In this document: piece after piece, positions 38,018 through 50,419 of the stretch
How the letters are laid out: the number at the start of each line of letters is the position of its first letter
Position numbering within the stretch: the stretch's first letter is position 1
From: Moniliella sp. 'wahieum'
Lineage: Eukaryota
Assembly (NCBI GenBank): GCA_003971905.1
Contig: RSEE01000039.1
Coordinates: 1 to 64,000, forward strand
Direction: 5' to 3'
Length of the DNA: 64,000 bases
Notes under the pieces: generated by a model
Seen by the model: the letters and a program-made list of their open reading frames with translations, nothing else
Databases searched by the model: none
Told to the model about the DNA's origin: nothing
Position numbers and translations under genes: made by a program

Positions 38018-39123
38018 ATTTTTTTATCTTTCGGTATTCAATAATCGCGGATAGTCTCACTCATCACTTGTACGTAAGTAGCGTTAGGTCCAGCGCCTCT
38101 TTCACCTCCTTCTCATTCTCCGTCTACCACCACCACGCGACAACCCACGCCTCTGCCTTCTAATCTTCGGCCTCAGGCCTCAGACTGAGTCTCAGCTCCT
38201 CACTCCTCAGTAATCCCGCTACATAGAACAAAGAAAGAGAAGACGCCACTGCCGAGACTCGCCTGCCAACACGGCGCTCGTAATCGCCCTGGAGAGATGG
38301 GAATCGCAGAGGAACCTGCAGGTCTCCGGCCAGGAGCACACGTGTGGCTCCACCGCCAACATCACCGAGTCTCCGTCCGCGCTGTCATGGCCAGTAATGG
38401 ATACTCTATACCCTGGAACACGGTGGAGTATCATCAATCTCATTATAGTTGGTATTAGGTTTTATATATTAGTCCCAACACCCCGGGATAGGCCACTGCA
38501 TCTTCATCCGTACACAGCCTCTCGTCCATTCCAACCGGTTTTCTCGCTGGACCCGTTTCAGCACCATGTTTCCCTCCTCCTGACCGGGACCTGACCGTAT
38601 ATAACAAAGAAGAATGGATGGTAGAACAGTGTGGCTGCACAGAGACAGTATCACGATGTCTGAATGAGCAACTACTAACGCAATGTGATTATAACATTAC
38701 GGAATCTGAGAGCCGCCACACCTTTCGTTAGTGCCTCTATGATCCAGTGCACCATGACGGACGGATAACACGGTTTCGACGTGTCCCATTGAATCAGCAA
38801 GTATCGTCATCGTCCCATCGCAGCGTGGCCAGGTCCCACGGACCTGGGAGTGAGAATATTGAAGAAGGGGAGGTTATATACCCAAAGATGAGAGCGGGGG
38901 TGCATCTCGCAGAAACTGCGCTTGCAGTGGCAACACAGTCTTCTCGAGAGAGGGGGATAATCTTTACAGCAAAGAAGAGGTGAGAGGGGGGGGGGATGCA
39001 TCCGTGCGAGTGTGGGCTGGTGGGCTGACAACTTGATGTCGTTTTGGTACCAATCTTGGAATCTTGGATAGATCAGTGCGGTTATTATTGTACAGTAACG
39101 TACTAACAATCGATCGTAGACGA

Positions 39124-40270
39124 TTAGGCCCATTTCGCCAAGAGTGCCATCAAGCCTGCGCCGAGGAAGACATAAAAGATGTCGAGGGTGAGCAGCCAGA
39201 TGGGTGCCTTGCGCATCTTGTCGTTAAATATAAAGTCATGGGCAATCAGCTCGACAAAGGCCGTGTAGCACAGAATGCCCGCCGAGATGGAATCGAGTGT
39301 GCCCTCGACGTAGTTGGCCGTGGCACTGTTGCCATTGTACGTGTGGCGCAGACCCAATCCGATCGCCTCGCCAATGGGCGTGACGCACGGATAGGCCAAT
39401 GCGCCGATGAAGGGGACCCACGAACTCTTTTCCAGAGGCAAAAATGCCAGACGGACACCAAGACCCAACCCTTCAAACATTTGGTGAAAGATGATGACAA
39501 TGAAGAGAGTAATAAAGTCGCTTTGGGAGCTGGAAGAACCGAGCGTAAGACCAATGATGACCGAGTGGAAGATGACACCAAACTCGAGGATGGCCACACC
39601 AATGATTTGTGACGCACCACTCCCCGATAGTGCCTCGGTCTGCTCCGAATCAGCATCGTTTGCACTCACGACCCAGTTCTCTTCGTCGGACATCTTGTCC
39701 GTCTTCTCCAACACGTCGGGCTGCTCCCTGGGCGACGAAGTGTACTCGCCAATGGGTGCAATGGGCGGGTTGATGTGCTCGGTGGCATGGTGGTGTCCAC
39801 CTTGGTGCGGTCGTATGCCAGTTTATCTGCGAGCTTCATGCCCCAGCGGAAGGCGAGCATCTCGATGAGGAAGATGAGGCTGCGATGGGTGGCCAGGAGT
39901 TAGTTCTGCCGTACACAGTGTGGGTATGCGAGAAAGGAGGATCGGTCGCACGTACAGAGCAGAGAGGAGGCAGAAGAGGAAGGCGAACGGGTAGCCTTGG
40001 AAGGTGGAGTTGAGGCAGGGCGATCCAAGCTCTTCGGACGCAGGCTGGAGTAGATGCATAAGGCGGTGGCCAAGATGACGCCCGAACCAAAGTAACGGCA
40101 AATGTCGTAGGCCCACATGGGGATGTTGACGTGGGGCACGCGTTTGGTGACGACGGGGAACATGGTGGCAAAGAGGAGGTGGCTAGGATGATGAAGATGG
40201 AGCCGATTCGGAGGCCGATGCTGCCGGCATAGGGCGGGTCTTTGCTGCAGGCATCAGAGGCGTCGGACAT
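39124..40270 (-). CDS. ZRT1: ZIP-family zinc transporter (Zrt1/Zrt2-like); intron ~39880-39955; frameshifts
   Basis: GLRIGSIFIIL, RYFGSGVILATA, ILEFGVIFHSVIIG, FHQMFEGLGLG, TPIG, SAGILCYTAFVELIAHDF, MALLAKWA. Confidence 0.92.
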
Positions 40271-43198
40271 GGTGGAGGCGCGGGGGGATGCGAAAGCGGA
40301 GAGAGAGCTGGGGGCGGGGGATGGACACGAGGAGGGCGAGGAAGGGGGAGGGTTATATGGGAGTGCGGGTACTCCTGTGTGCAAAAACACGACCGTGGTG
40401 GTGGGGTGCGCCGGCAGATACTTACGCAGGCACAACGCTTTTTTGATCGCTTACTGGCAGCGACACTGGCGTGGGACAGCAGGGCAGAAAGGAGACGAGT
40501 GCATGGCGGCGCCAGGCACGGCGTCAACGGCACAGGAGACGGGCAGGCAGCCGCCAAAGAGGCGTTGCGCCGGAGAAAAAGCACCCGAAATGGTACATCC
40601 CAGGTCGCCATGCAAATTGGCAGCGTCGTGAAAATATGAGGACCTTTGCGGTGGGCCGAGCACCAGCGCAGCTGCGAGCGCCTCAGCGCACCACCGCCTG
40701 TACCATGGACGAAGCCACGGCAAGCGTAATCGCCCGCCTGCCCGCCGGCGGCTGCGAGCAGGTTGGGCCCATCCAGTAGCCACCGGCCGCCACGCGGCAG
40801 CCCCACCCCAGTGCCCGGCGGGGCGATTTGCTACGCGTTGCCAATCAATATGCCCGCTGGCCTCCCCCGCACAGGCACCTCGACGCACCCAGGCACCATA
40901 CACCCCCAGCAAGACACGCCTGCCCAGTCACCGCTGCAGTGCCACCCTCCCCTCGTCTGTCCCACCCCCCAGCCCATGTGCACCCCCCCATCCATGACGC
41001 AGCACAAACTACCCACACCCATCCACTCGCTCTGCCCGGCCGCAGCCCCGGCACAGGCACCGGAAACAGCACCGGTTTCGTGTCTCGGTGGGGCACCAAC
41101 GGAGCGCATGCAATACGCAGGCGGGAGGGTGTCTGGCCGCTCAGGCGCCCAGGCAACCCTCGGCGCCGCATGCTCTTCTCCCAGCGTTAGGCCGGGTTAG
41201 GACCGACCAGGCAGGACGGGCACCTTTGCGGCCCTCGGCCCCATGTCAAAAAATTTCAACGGCTCGGGACAGTCACGTCACGCTGGGTCTGCTTGCCTAA
41301 TAGCGAGACGCGTTCTGCCACAGTCGTTTTATATACCCTGCTCCGTTGTCTACTCCACAGTACGTACGTCCTGCAGTGGTCAACGTAACCATCTGTAAAC
41401 TCACTTGGTCGCTAGTACACCTCTGCCGCACCTGCTACCACACCCACAAGTGGCTCCCTCATCAGCGACAGGTACGCGACCGTCCTATCCAGTGGCCTCG
41501 CCTCGGCCTCGGCCCGAGTCGATTCAAAATTCTGCCAGTTCACATCCGACAGACGGCGGATGGCGTAAGAGCTGTTACTATACGACACACTGCGTGAATC
41601 CACCTGACCCTCACAGTAAAATAAAGCCAGCTTCAGGTACCTGTAGACCTCTCTTCAAGCTTCAAGCTTCAAGCTTCAAAGAGCCTGCCCTCGGTTGCAA
41701 CGAAGGAGAGAGAGACAATGTCCTCCGCCACACGATATGGTTTGTTTTTCGCCGTGCCACACTCCGGTGCATGGTCAGGCGTCTCAGCGCAGAACAGAAC
41801 AGGTTACAGAGCTCTCATCGCATGAACGTTGAACCGGTGCATAGTGGTCGGGAGAACCCCCATCACCTCAAACTTGCCAAGATGCGGCCTGAGGTTACGC
41901 CCGAAAGAGGTAAAACGAGGCTGTTTGAATGGCTTCACTATTGAAGAATGTGCCTTTGTGTATTATTGTAACCGTACCTAAGGGTTATAGTTGTTGCACG
42001 CATAAAACGACCCGCTCACCCGGTGCTTGTTGCTCTTTGTTGGTGCCAAACCCGTTTAGAAACCAGGGGAACCGCATTTGAGCAAAGCTGTCCCTCTGGC
42101 GCCCTCCCTTCGTCTTCAAACTCGGAGGGTAGCATGCTTGAATACGAAGGAACGGTGGTAGACCTCCAAGCGGTCACCATCACGACTGATCACTTCGTCA
42201 TATAGTAAAGAGATAGGAAATGTTCTTGGTTACGCCCGTGGTATAGTGGCATTCTTGTCGCGCCATGAGCATGTTCCTGCAGCGAAGTAGCTCCTTGTCC
42301 CGGCATTCCAAAAAGGCGTTTTGCGGTTCGTGGGTGCACCACCCTCTGGGCTCAGTGTGGAAGTGGGTGTCGGGGGTGGAACGCACAACTAGCTGTAGGA
42401 TATGGGCTACCACGTCGACTCGTTCAATGCACCGACCTTGGACCCCCTTCACTGGCCCTTTTGGTCCTAGTGTGTTACACTCGCGATCACCTCGCGCACC
42501 CCCATGGGGCAGAGTGTCGCAATATACAGTAGTCTAACTAATAGTACTCTCAATTACAAGGGACGCCTTGTCAGGTACGATGTTACGGTCGGTACCACAG
42601 GTCCCCAGTGATATAAGCACAGAAATAGAGTGTCATGCTTTCAAGAAAGCTGCCAGATTGGCTAAAATGTATATCCATGGTGGAATATGAAAGGGGTTCA
42701 GCTGAATTGGATGTGGTGTATGGCCAAAACGAGGGTTCTTCAAAGTTGGTTACCGTCCCACTTGGGATAACCCAATGCAACACACATGTGTGTTCGGCAG
42801 TGAATGAGGCATGGCAAACGAGCGTATGTTCAAACGAATAGTATATCAAGGGACGTAGTGGCGGAGACATGTACTAAACACGTTATGTGACCCCTTTCTG
42901 CCTATATCTGCAATTCACAAATGCCGTCGCGGTGGGTAGGAGTAGAAGAATGTGCCTTGAATACTTTTAAAGCGTGAGAAGAGGGGACGTGACAGAAAGG
43001 AGAAAGGTAGGATTTCCGCAAACAAGACGAGGCTTATTGCCATTCAGTAGAGATCACAGGGAGAAAGGGGGGAACTCAGGGTAGATGATAGGCGCGTCAT
43101 GAGGGATCCATGCGTAAAGAAGCAGGAAACATCGCGTAGATCTGAACCGGTAAGGCCCGGGCCGACTCGTCGGAACAAGAGGAGAATGTGGTAGGCTT

Positions 43199-44369
43199 TC
43201 AGTTGAAGTTGTTGTGACCTCGCCACTGCCGGCACCAACGTTGAGCAGGCCATCGAGGATGTTGGTCTGACCCTGGCTGGGGGGCGGAGCCTTACGGATT
43301 TGGAAGTTGTTGTTGACCTGGCCATTCCCGGCACCAACGTTGAGCAGGCCATCGAGGATGTTGGTCTGACCCTTGCTGGGGGGCGGAGCCTTACGGACTT
43401 GGAAGTTGTTGTTCACCTTGCCACCCAAACCGACGTTGACAACACCGTCACCAATGTTGTCGCGCTTCGAGTGTTGGAAGTCATTGTTGATTTGACCGTG
43501 AAGAATACCAGCGTTGCCAAGGCCATCGAGAATGGCATCACCGTTGTCACCTTGGAAGTGGTTGTTCACCTCTCCGCCGAGCGCGCCACCGTTGAGGAGA
43601 CCATCGCCAATGTTGTCCCGCTTGGAGTTCTGGAAGTTGTTGTTGATCTCACCGCCAAGGAGTCCGACGTTGGCAATGCCATCCAGAATGTTGTCGCGCT
43701 TCGATGAGTGCTGGAAGTTGTTGTTGATCTGGCCATCGAGGAGACCAACGTTGGCATGCCATCGAGGATGTTGTCGCCACCCTTGTCACCTTGGAAGTTG
43801 TTGTTCACCTCTCCTCCAAGAGCGCCAACGTTGAGAATACCATCACCAATGTTGTCGCGCTTCGAAGCGTGCTGGAAGTTGTTGTTGATCTGACCGTCAA
43901 GCAGGCCAACGTTGGCAATGCCATCGAGGATGTTGTCGCCACCCTTGTCACCTTGGAAGTTGTTGTTCACCTCTCCTCCAAGAGCGCCAACGTTGAGAAT
44001 ACCATCACCAATGTTGTCGCGCTTCGAAGCGTGCTGGAAGTTGTTGTTGATCTGACCGTCAAGCAGGCCAACGTTGGCAATGCCATCGAGGATGTTGTCG
44101 CCACCCTTGTCACCTTGGAAGTTGTTGTTCACCTCTCCTCCAAGAGCGCCAACGTTGAGAATACCATCACCAATGTTGTCGCGCTTCGAAGCGTGCTGGA
44201 AGTTGTTGTTGATCTGACCGTCAAGCAGGCCAACGTTGGCAACGCCATCGAGAATGTCATCCTGGCGACGGAGATGGGTAGGGCGTTGGTTGCGAATGGG
44301 GCCAGCCTCGACAGAGCAAGCCAGAGCCAGGACGACGGCCAGAGTAGCAAACGTAGCGGTGAACTTCAT
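43199..44369 (-). CDS. Secreted Kex2-processed repeat protein (signal peptide plus 13 copies of a ~22-aa D/N/G-rich core); frameshifts at ~43757, ~43585 and ~43215
   Basis: Signal peptide MKFTATFATLAVVLALACSVEA; repeats DNILDGIANVGLLDGQINNNFQHASKR / DNIGDGILNVGALGGEVNNNFQGDKGG; six KR sites. TATA-like element ~135 nt upstream. Confidence 0.85.
43760..44255. repeat. Near-perfect 162-bp coding tandem repeat, about 3 copies
   Basis: ttggaagttgttgttcacctctcctccaag recurs at 43791, 43953 and 44115 (period 162). Confidence 0.93.
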
Positions 44370-44502
44370 TGTCAAAGAGGGTGTGGTGGGTTGGGTAGGC
44401 GAGAGTGATGAGGAGAGAAGAGGGGTCCAGGGAACGTCGAAGAGGAAAGGACGGAGTGGAGTGGGTGGTGGAAAGGGGAGGGAACCAACGGTTCAGTCCG
44501 TC

Positions 44503-44510
44503 TATATATA
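44503..44510 (-). promoter_or_regulatory. TATA-like box of the secreted repeat protein gene
   Basis: TATATATA about 135 nt upstream of ATG 44369, followed on the minus strand by a pyrimidine-rich leader. Confidence 0.5.
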
Positions 44511-47500
44511 CACTTCTCCTTGGAATTTCGTCTATAAGTCCCAACCACACCTTGCTTCAAGCATCATCCTGGGCGGTTGAAGGTGGTTGAACATTGATGC
44601 ATGATGGAGAACAAGTACACAATGGGGCCAAGTGGCAGCTTGAACATATTTGCGCAGATCCTCCACGCCTTCTAACTAAGTGAGCCCGTGCTTTCCGTGC
44701 ACCGCTCAGACCTCTCATTGTGCAAAAGGTTGGGGCACTCAGGGCCGGCGCAACAGGCAGTTGGGCCGTGGATGATCTGCATCCGCTCCTTCAGGGATTG
44801 CCTGCCTTGTCTACTTTTGAACGTTGGGATCTAAGAAGCTGCTGCTTGTATGTGGAGTACGCAGTGCTATATGAAGGTACAGAACCTAAGGTCCGTAGCT
44901 GGCATAGTGGCATGTGTCAACCCAAGGGCACTATAGGCGTCTGCTGTTCTGCGAAGCTTCACTCTTGCCGCCAATAGATGGCAGGAGCCAATCAGTGTGC
45001 AGTGTCGTGTATACTCTACTAAGTACAAGGCCCTCTCTGTAACATGTAAAGTCTGACAGGCGAATCGACTGAGAGACACTGTAAAATGTCTCTCCCTCGA
45101 TCCTCCTACAGAGGACTGACATGCACTGACAATAGACTAGGAAGCTCGTAAAGAACATCGACAGTAGTAGATCATTTTGCCCTCGATCATCTTAGTGCTG
45201 CGCGCAGGGAGCGCCGGTCGAGCACCAGAGGAAGCCATCAAAGTACGGATGACGCGATGACGTGGAAAAGATCCAGAAGCGAGCCAGAGCGACTAGTGAC
45301 TAGTGACGGGGGCTCTCAGGACTCCCATGCTCAGCTCGGTTGTGTCCCTGATCGCTTCAATCTCGTGCGCCCAACGTCCTATGTTACAGGAAGGGATGGG
45401 CTATGGGCACGCGGCCCGCCTGCTTGGGTTAGGACAGCGGGAGGGCTGGCTTAAGCGCGGAATGGGGTGGCGCTGAGCGGCTGAGCGGCTGAGCGGCAGT
45501 GAGCGGCTAAGCGGCTCAGGAGTGCTCGGTACTCAGACCGAGTGGCAGGAATGGAGGCTGGGGGCCGGGGCGGATGACGAATGGGATCGACATTTGCTTC
45601 GGCTTGCCTTGGCCACCGGCAAAACGTGTCGGATGATCGATGATGTACGGCAGGGTACGGAAGGACTGGCATGCGAGCATCAATAACATTGCCCAGGATC
45701 GGCACCTGGCACGAGCGCACTGTGCCGCGGTGGCATGCCCAGAATGGCAGGTTTTGCTTTGTTGCAGCGTTGGATGTTGGGTTGATACGTGGATACTCGG
45801 GTCTCACTTCTCGGCCATCTCGCATCTTGGAACTCACCGGTTCCCAGTCTCCGGTCCCCGGCCGGCCTGCCTGTTGGGTGGCTTTTTTTGTCACAGCGCC
45901 TGGACGTGTTTTGCCAGCCGCTTTGATCGGGGCCCAATACACCCTATTGTTGCCAATCGAGAACACACCCAACCCTCGCCCTTCTTCCTTTCTCACCGAT
46001 CGGCACCCACTCTCTCGGCCCACCTGCTACACCAACATATTAACCGCGCCAATCAAATAAACCTTTCAAAAACTTCCTCTCTGCTCTCTCTTCTTCTCTG
46101 CCCTCTCATGCATAGTAACCACACACGCTAATAATTAAGCGCCCACAATAATCAACGTCATCAACAGTACCTAGTACCTCACCTCTCACCCTTCTCAACG
46201 TTCCCCGAGGTTCAGGCGGCTCCGGGTCTCGGGGCTTGCCTCAAGACAGCCGCGGTATCGCTGCAGTATATAGCCCAACAATTCGACCACTACGGCATCA
46301 CAAAAGTATATATTTTTTGCCACACACCTTCACCCCCGGCCGTTATAATACGCGACATGGTAAAAGTGTGGTGTTATTTGGGCAGTTTCAAAGCAACGTC
46401 TCTCCCCACAATTCCTCCAAGGCCTATAGAGGCGCAGTAACGGCATGGCTGACGTTGGATGTATATGAGAGAGGGACATTGCAAGAAGGAACGACTGGCA
46501 GGTCAAATGTTGAATCTATCGACGAGAGCTCTTCTGTTTTGAGCTGCGAACAACATGTGAGATGCGGAACAACTCTTTCTGGTATATGACTCACAAAGAC
46601 ATGCTACAAAAGCATCTTCATGTGTTGACAGCTGGACAGACCTCGTTTAAGCTCTTCAAGACGCTTCGCGTTCCTCGAGGAATTTATGTGAATACGTCCT
46701 GATTAAGGCTATGGCCATGAATCATATGTCCGACTAAGTGGCCCTGGAGCTGGAAATGAGATCTGAGATGAAGATGAGATAGTGTTTTTGGTCGCCCCGT
46801 ACAAGGTACTCTAGATCACCACATAACGGTAATAGCTCTTTTTGGCATACCACTCCACCACATAACTGTAAAAGCTTTTTTTGGCGTATAGCTCTCAGCG
46901 CTCCCAATGCTATTTCTGTGAGATGTGATATACATGGCCCACAGTGTTGTTTTGAGAATGCAATGGTCTGTTGAATACGGTTTACTCACCTTTGGGGTAC
47001 AATCTAAATGCTCGGGCATTACCTGTGGATATGCGGGCCCACAGCCTATTCTACTGCTGCCAAAAAGGAACTGCATGTGCCAGAGCATCAGCCCTCAGTC
47101 CTCAGTGCTTCAGTGCTGTCAGTTGCAAGGGGAAGCCCCCATTGTATAAACAGGAACAAGTTCTCTTCAGTCAGGAAGCTTGAAGTCAGTTACAAATTTA
47201 GCTGATGTTCCCCATCCTATACTAAAACAGCTTCAACCTTAACAGGCTGCTGCGTACCACCTCTATCGCAGAGGTCCGTCGATCATCCACGGTTCTGTTG
47301 GAGGGAGCACGGCAAAAATGACCCTTCGATGCAATGTATGTCGAAAAGGACCGTGTATGTTGCGTGCTCATGTACTAACGGTGCGCCGTCCTCTTTCTCT
47401 TAGACCACAACAGTCTTTGATGCCACTGTTGTCCCTTCTGCCCCAAAGTATGCTCCTGACGTCGAGCATCACGACCGCATCGCTATTGCTGTAGCCTGCC

Positions 47501-47895
47501 CACGGATGAGGCAAATGGGTCTCTGTGTGTGAAGAAAGGCATCTCTGAGCTGGACACGGCACTAGAAGAGAACTCAGGGAGTTTATGGGTATATACGCGG
47601 TTCAAAGGCTGTGATGCTGGTACCCTGAGGAGGGTACTGAGGCCAGACCGTTCAGGGAGGGGTGCAGCGGGTTACTATGTCATAGTTCCATTTGTTGCTG
47701 ACTGTATGTTGAGAGTGGCCTTGCTGCTCGGGCATACAGGGACAGCCCGTCTGCACGTCTGCAGGGTAAAAGAGGGGATCTGGGGGAAGCTCTCAGGAAA
47801 AGAAAATGAGGTCTCCAGGGCAACATGGGGAGAGAATCAGGTGACGGCCGGGGGAACAAGTAGGAAAAACCCTACTTCACATATGTGCCAATGGC

Positions 47896-47943
47896 GATGA
47901 AGATGAAGATGAAGATGAAGATGAAGATGAAGATGAAGATGAA
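47896..47943. repeat. (GATGAA)8 microsatellite
   Basis: Directly visible. Confidence 0.95.
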
Positions 47944-48925
47944 TGAGAGAGGGTAGTAGGATAATATTACAATGTCGAGTGTAGTAATCAGTTCCGGGCA
48001 CTGTTTTGATACCAACAGCGTCACCTTCTCCTCGGACACGAAGTACTCTCATAAAGAGAGTTATACATCGAGTCTGCATCAGCAACCTTCCCAAACGTTT
48101 GTATGTCATGGGGAGAAGGCAGCGCCCTAGTAGGTTGCCAAGCAACATGCCTAATGATGCATTATGCATACACGTGTACGGCATCTCTTGGAAAATACCA
48201 ACGATGCCCGTTGGGTAGGTGAACTGGCCTTAGGCCCAGCAGGCCAGTATCCGCTTCTTCTACTTGCAATGACGTGAATATCTAGATGTGGGCGCCTGCA
48301 TCGGTCCCGGCTTGTGCTGCTGGTGATAAGCCTGCGCTTGATGGTTGGCTGGGGTGGGCGGGGCGTTCAGGGTCGCAGAGGAGTGGCAGAAATGCTCGCT
48401 TCGCTTTCTAGGGGAGTCAAAGAGAAGACGCTTCTGACCCGCTCCTCCTCTTCTCCGACTTTGCTACTGCGATAGAAACAAGTGGAGGAAGCGGAGTAGT
48501 CGTTGGTGCCGCCCTGATTACCTCACTGCCACCGAGACAACCCGCTTTAATTGCCGTTGCTGGGAAAAGGCACCTCTGTCCTGTCATTCTTCGTCAGGCA
48601 AGTTGGCTTGCACCGCATCCCGCCTTTCTCTATCTACCGTTCTGCCTGCGTTAGTGCCCATCTTGCTGCGTTGTGCTGGTTGCCCTGACTCTACTCTCCC
48701 CCCCCCCGACCCTTCTGGGCCTCCAAAGCATCAAGCTCTAACAATAAACAACCCCTTGGGCCATTCATTCATTTTCGAGGCAGGACATGGTCCCCCCCAA
48801 CCCAGCGAACCCGAGCTGGGAGGCAAACTGGACCCGGTGCATGCCGACCCAAAATCCCAACGAGAACGAAAACGAGAACGAAAGCGAGAACAAGCGGGGG
48901 GGCGGTAAGATGTGAGGGGGGCGAA

Positions 48926-49860
48926 TTAGTCCCCGCCCGTGTTTTCTTCAGGCGGCTTGTTGCTGGTCATGAGGACAATGAGGATGGGGATGATGTACAT
49001 CCAGTATTTCTGAAGGAAAGTCTTTTCCGGCTCGGGCGTGTCATCTACCACTGGTTTGGACGCATCCTCATTCGCCTCCACAGGCTTGAGCTGTACCGCC
49101 GGCCTGATCGTATCGTCCTCTAGGTCAGTATGGGGCCTGGGGGGCGGGAGCTCTTCAGGCGCGCGGGGGGGGGGGAGGGGGACGTACAAGCGGGCCTGGA
49201 GGGGGTGGCGGACACGCACGCGTAGTGCCTCCGGGGACTCGATTGGGTACTCGGCAGGGGTCTTGATGCAGCCCTGGGGATCGAGGGCGCTGGGCTCGAC
49301 CTGCGCCGCATACTCAATCGCCAGCGGCGTCAATGGTGTTTCCTCGGACAGCGGGGGGCGACCACGGTCACTTCATGTGGCGCAGCACTGGTCAACGTGC
49401 ACTACAAGCGGGTCAGTTTGCTCTGTTTGTCCCATTGCGGTCCATCCTGCTCCTTCCTGAGGATGGGCATTGGGCATTGGCCATATCAGAGGCAGAGAGG
49501 ACGTACGAGTTTGGTGCTGGTCAGCGCGGCAGGGGGGAAGGTGTCGAGATGGGCGAATTGCTGCTCCCATGCGCCAGGGACGAGGGCAAGTTGGTACAAG
49601 CTCTTCGCCTCGGCCTGGGCGAGGAGGGCATTCCACTCGTCGGCACCGGCCAGACCGCGGTACAGTGCCTGGGCCTTCTCTGGGTCGTCGGCGAGGAGCT
49701 TGAGGTGGGCGCGCGGGGCCCAGGCGGTGGAGGTGCCCGGGGCATGGACGCGGTGGAGGAGGGTGTACACGTCGGCGTCTTCCTGTGGCGTCTCCTGGGC
49801 CTGGGCCTGGCCAGCGGCAGCAACAGCAGCGACGCACAGCACCAAGGGCAGCCAACGCAT
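48926..49860 (-). CDS. EMC10: ER membrane protein complex subunit 10-like
   Basis: Signal peptide MRWLPLVLCVAAVAAA and C-terminal PEPEKTFLQKYWMYIIPILIVLM, characteristic of EMC10. Intron and frameshifts lie between. Confidence 0.75.
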
Positions 49861-50419
49861 CGCGAGCAGCCGTCTGGTCGTGGGCCGGCGCGGCGGAGCG
49901 GCTGCCGCCCAGGACGTGGCACAGACGGGGCAACCCTAGCGCTCGGGCGGTCCCTAACCCTACCTCTGTGAGCATGGCATTGGGTCTAAGGCCTAGGGCC
50001 ACGCGCATCCCGGCCCAGCAGCCGCCCAGTGTCTGCTGCTCCGCCTCGCCCGCCTTGGTCGGAACGACGATGGGCGTCGTCATTTAATGTAGGTACCGTT
50101 AACGTTGGTTGAATCGCCAGAGCTCGACGCTATAAAACCAGCCGCGTCTGCATTTCTTACCCCCTACCACCCGGCTCCCCCCCCCCCACTGCCTCCATTG
50201 CCTTCCACGCTTTTCGGCCTCCCCCTCAAGCATCACACCCACACCCACGCCCACACGTCCCTCAGACCACCAAGCGTGCGTGGCATCGAAGTCTACTCGG
50301 CCTTCCAGTCCCCTTGTTGGCCTTTCACCCGGCTGTGCCTCCGTCTCTGGACGCAACTCTCCCGCCAGTACGGCAGGTACCAGTGCAGCTCCCGAGCCCA
50401 AGCGGGCACAGACGAGCCG

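Noticed and set aside
43760..44255. CRISPR-like regularly spaced repeats
   Set aside because: Units are contiguous coding tandem repeats without unique spacers; eukaryotic context, no cas genes.
43300..44408. Long antisense ORFs with LEVVV repeats opposite the secreted repeat gene
   Set aside because: Shadow ORFs caused by NNC-biased codons of the minus-strand gene; no convincing start context.
45451..48218. Short ORFs in the gene-poor island
   Set aside because: No recognisable motifs or coding-like codon bias; cannot be supported from sequence alone.
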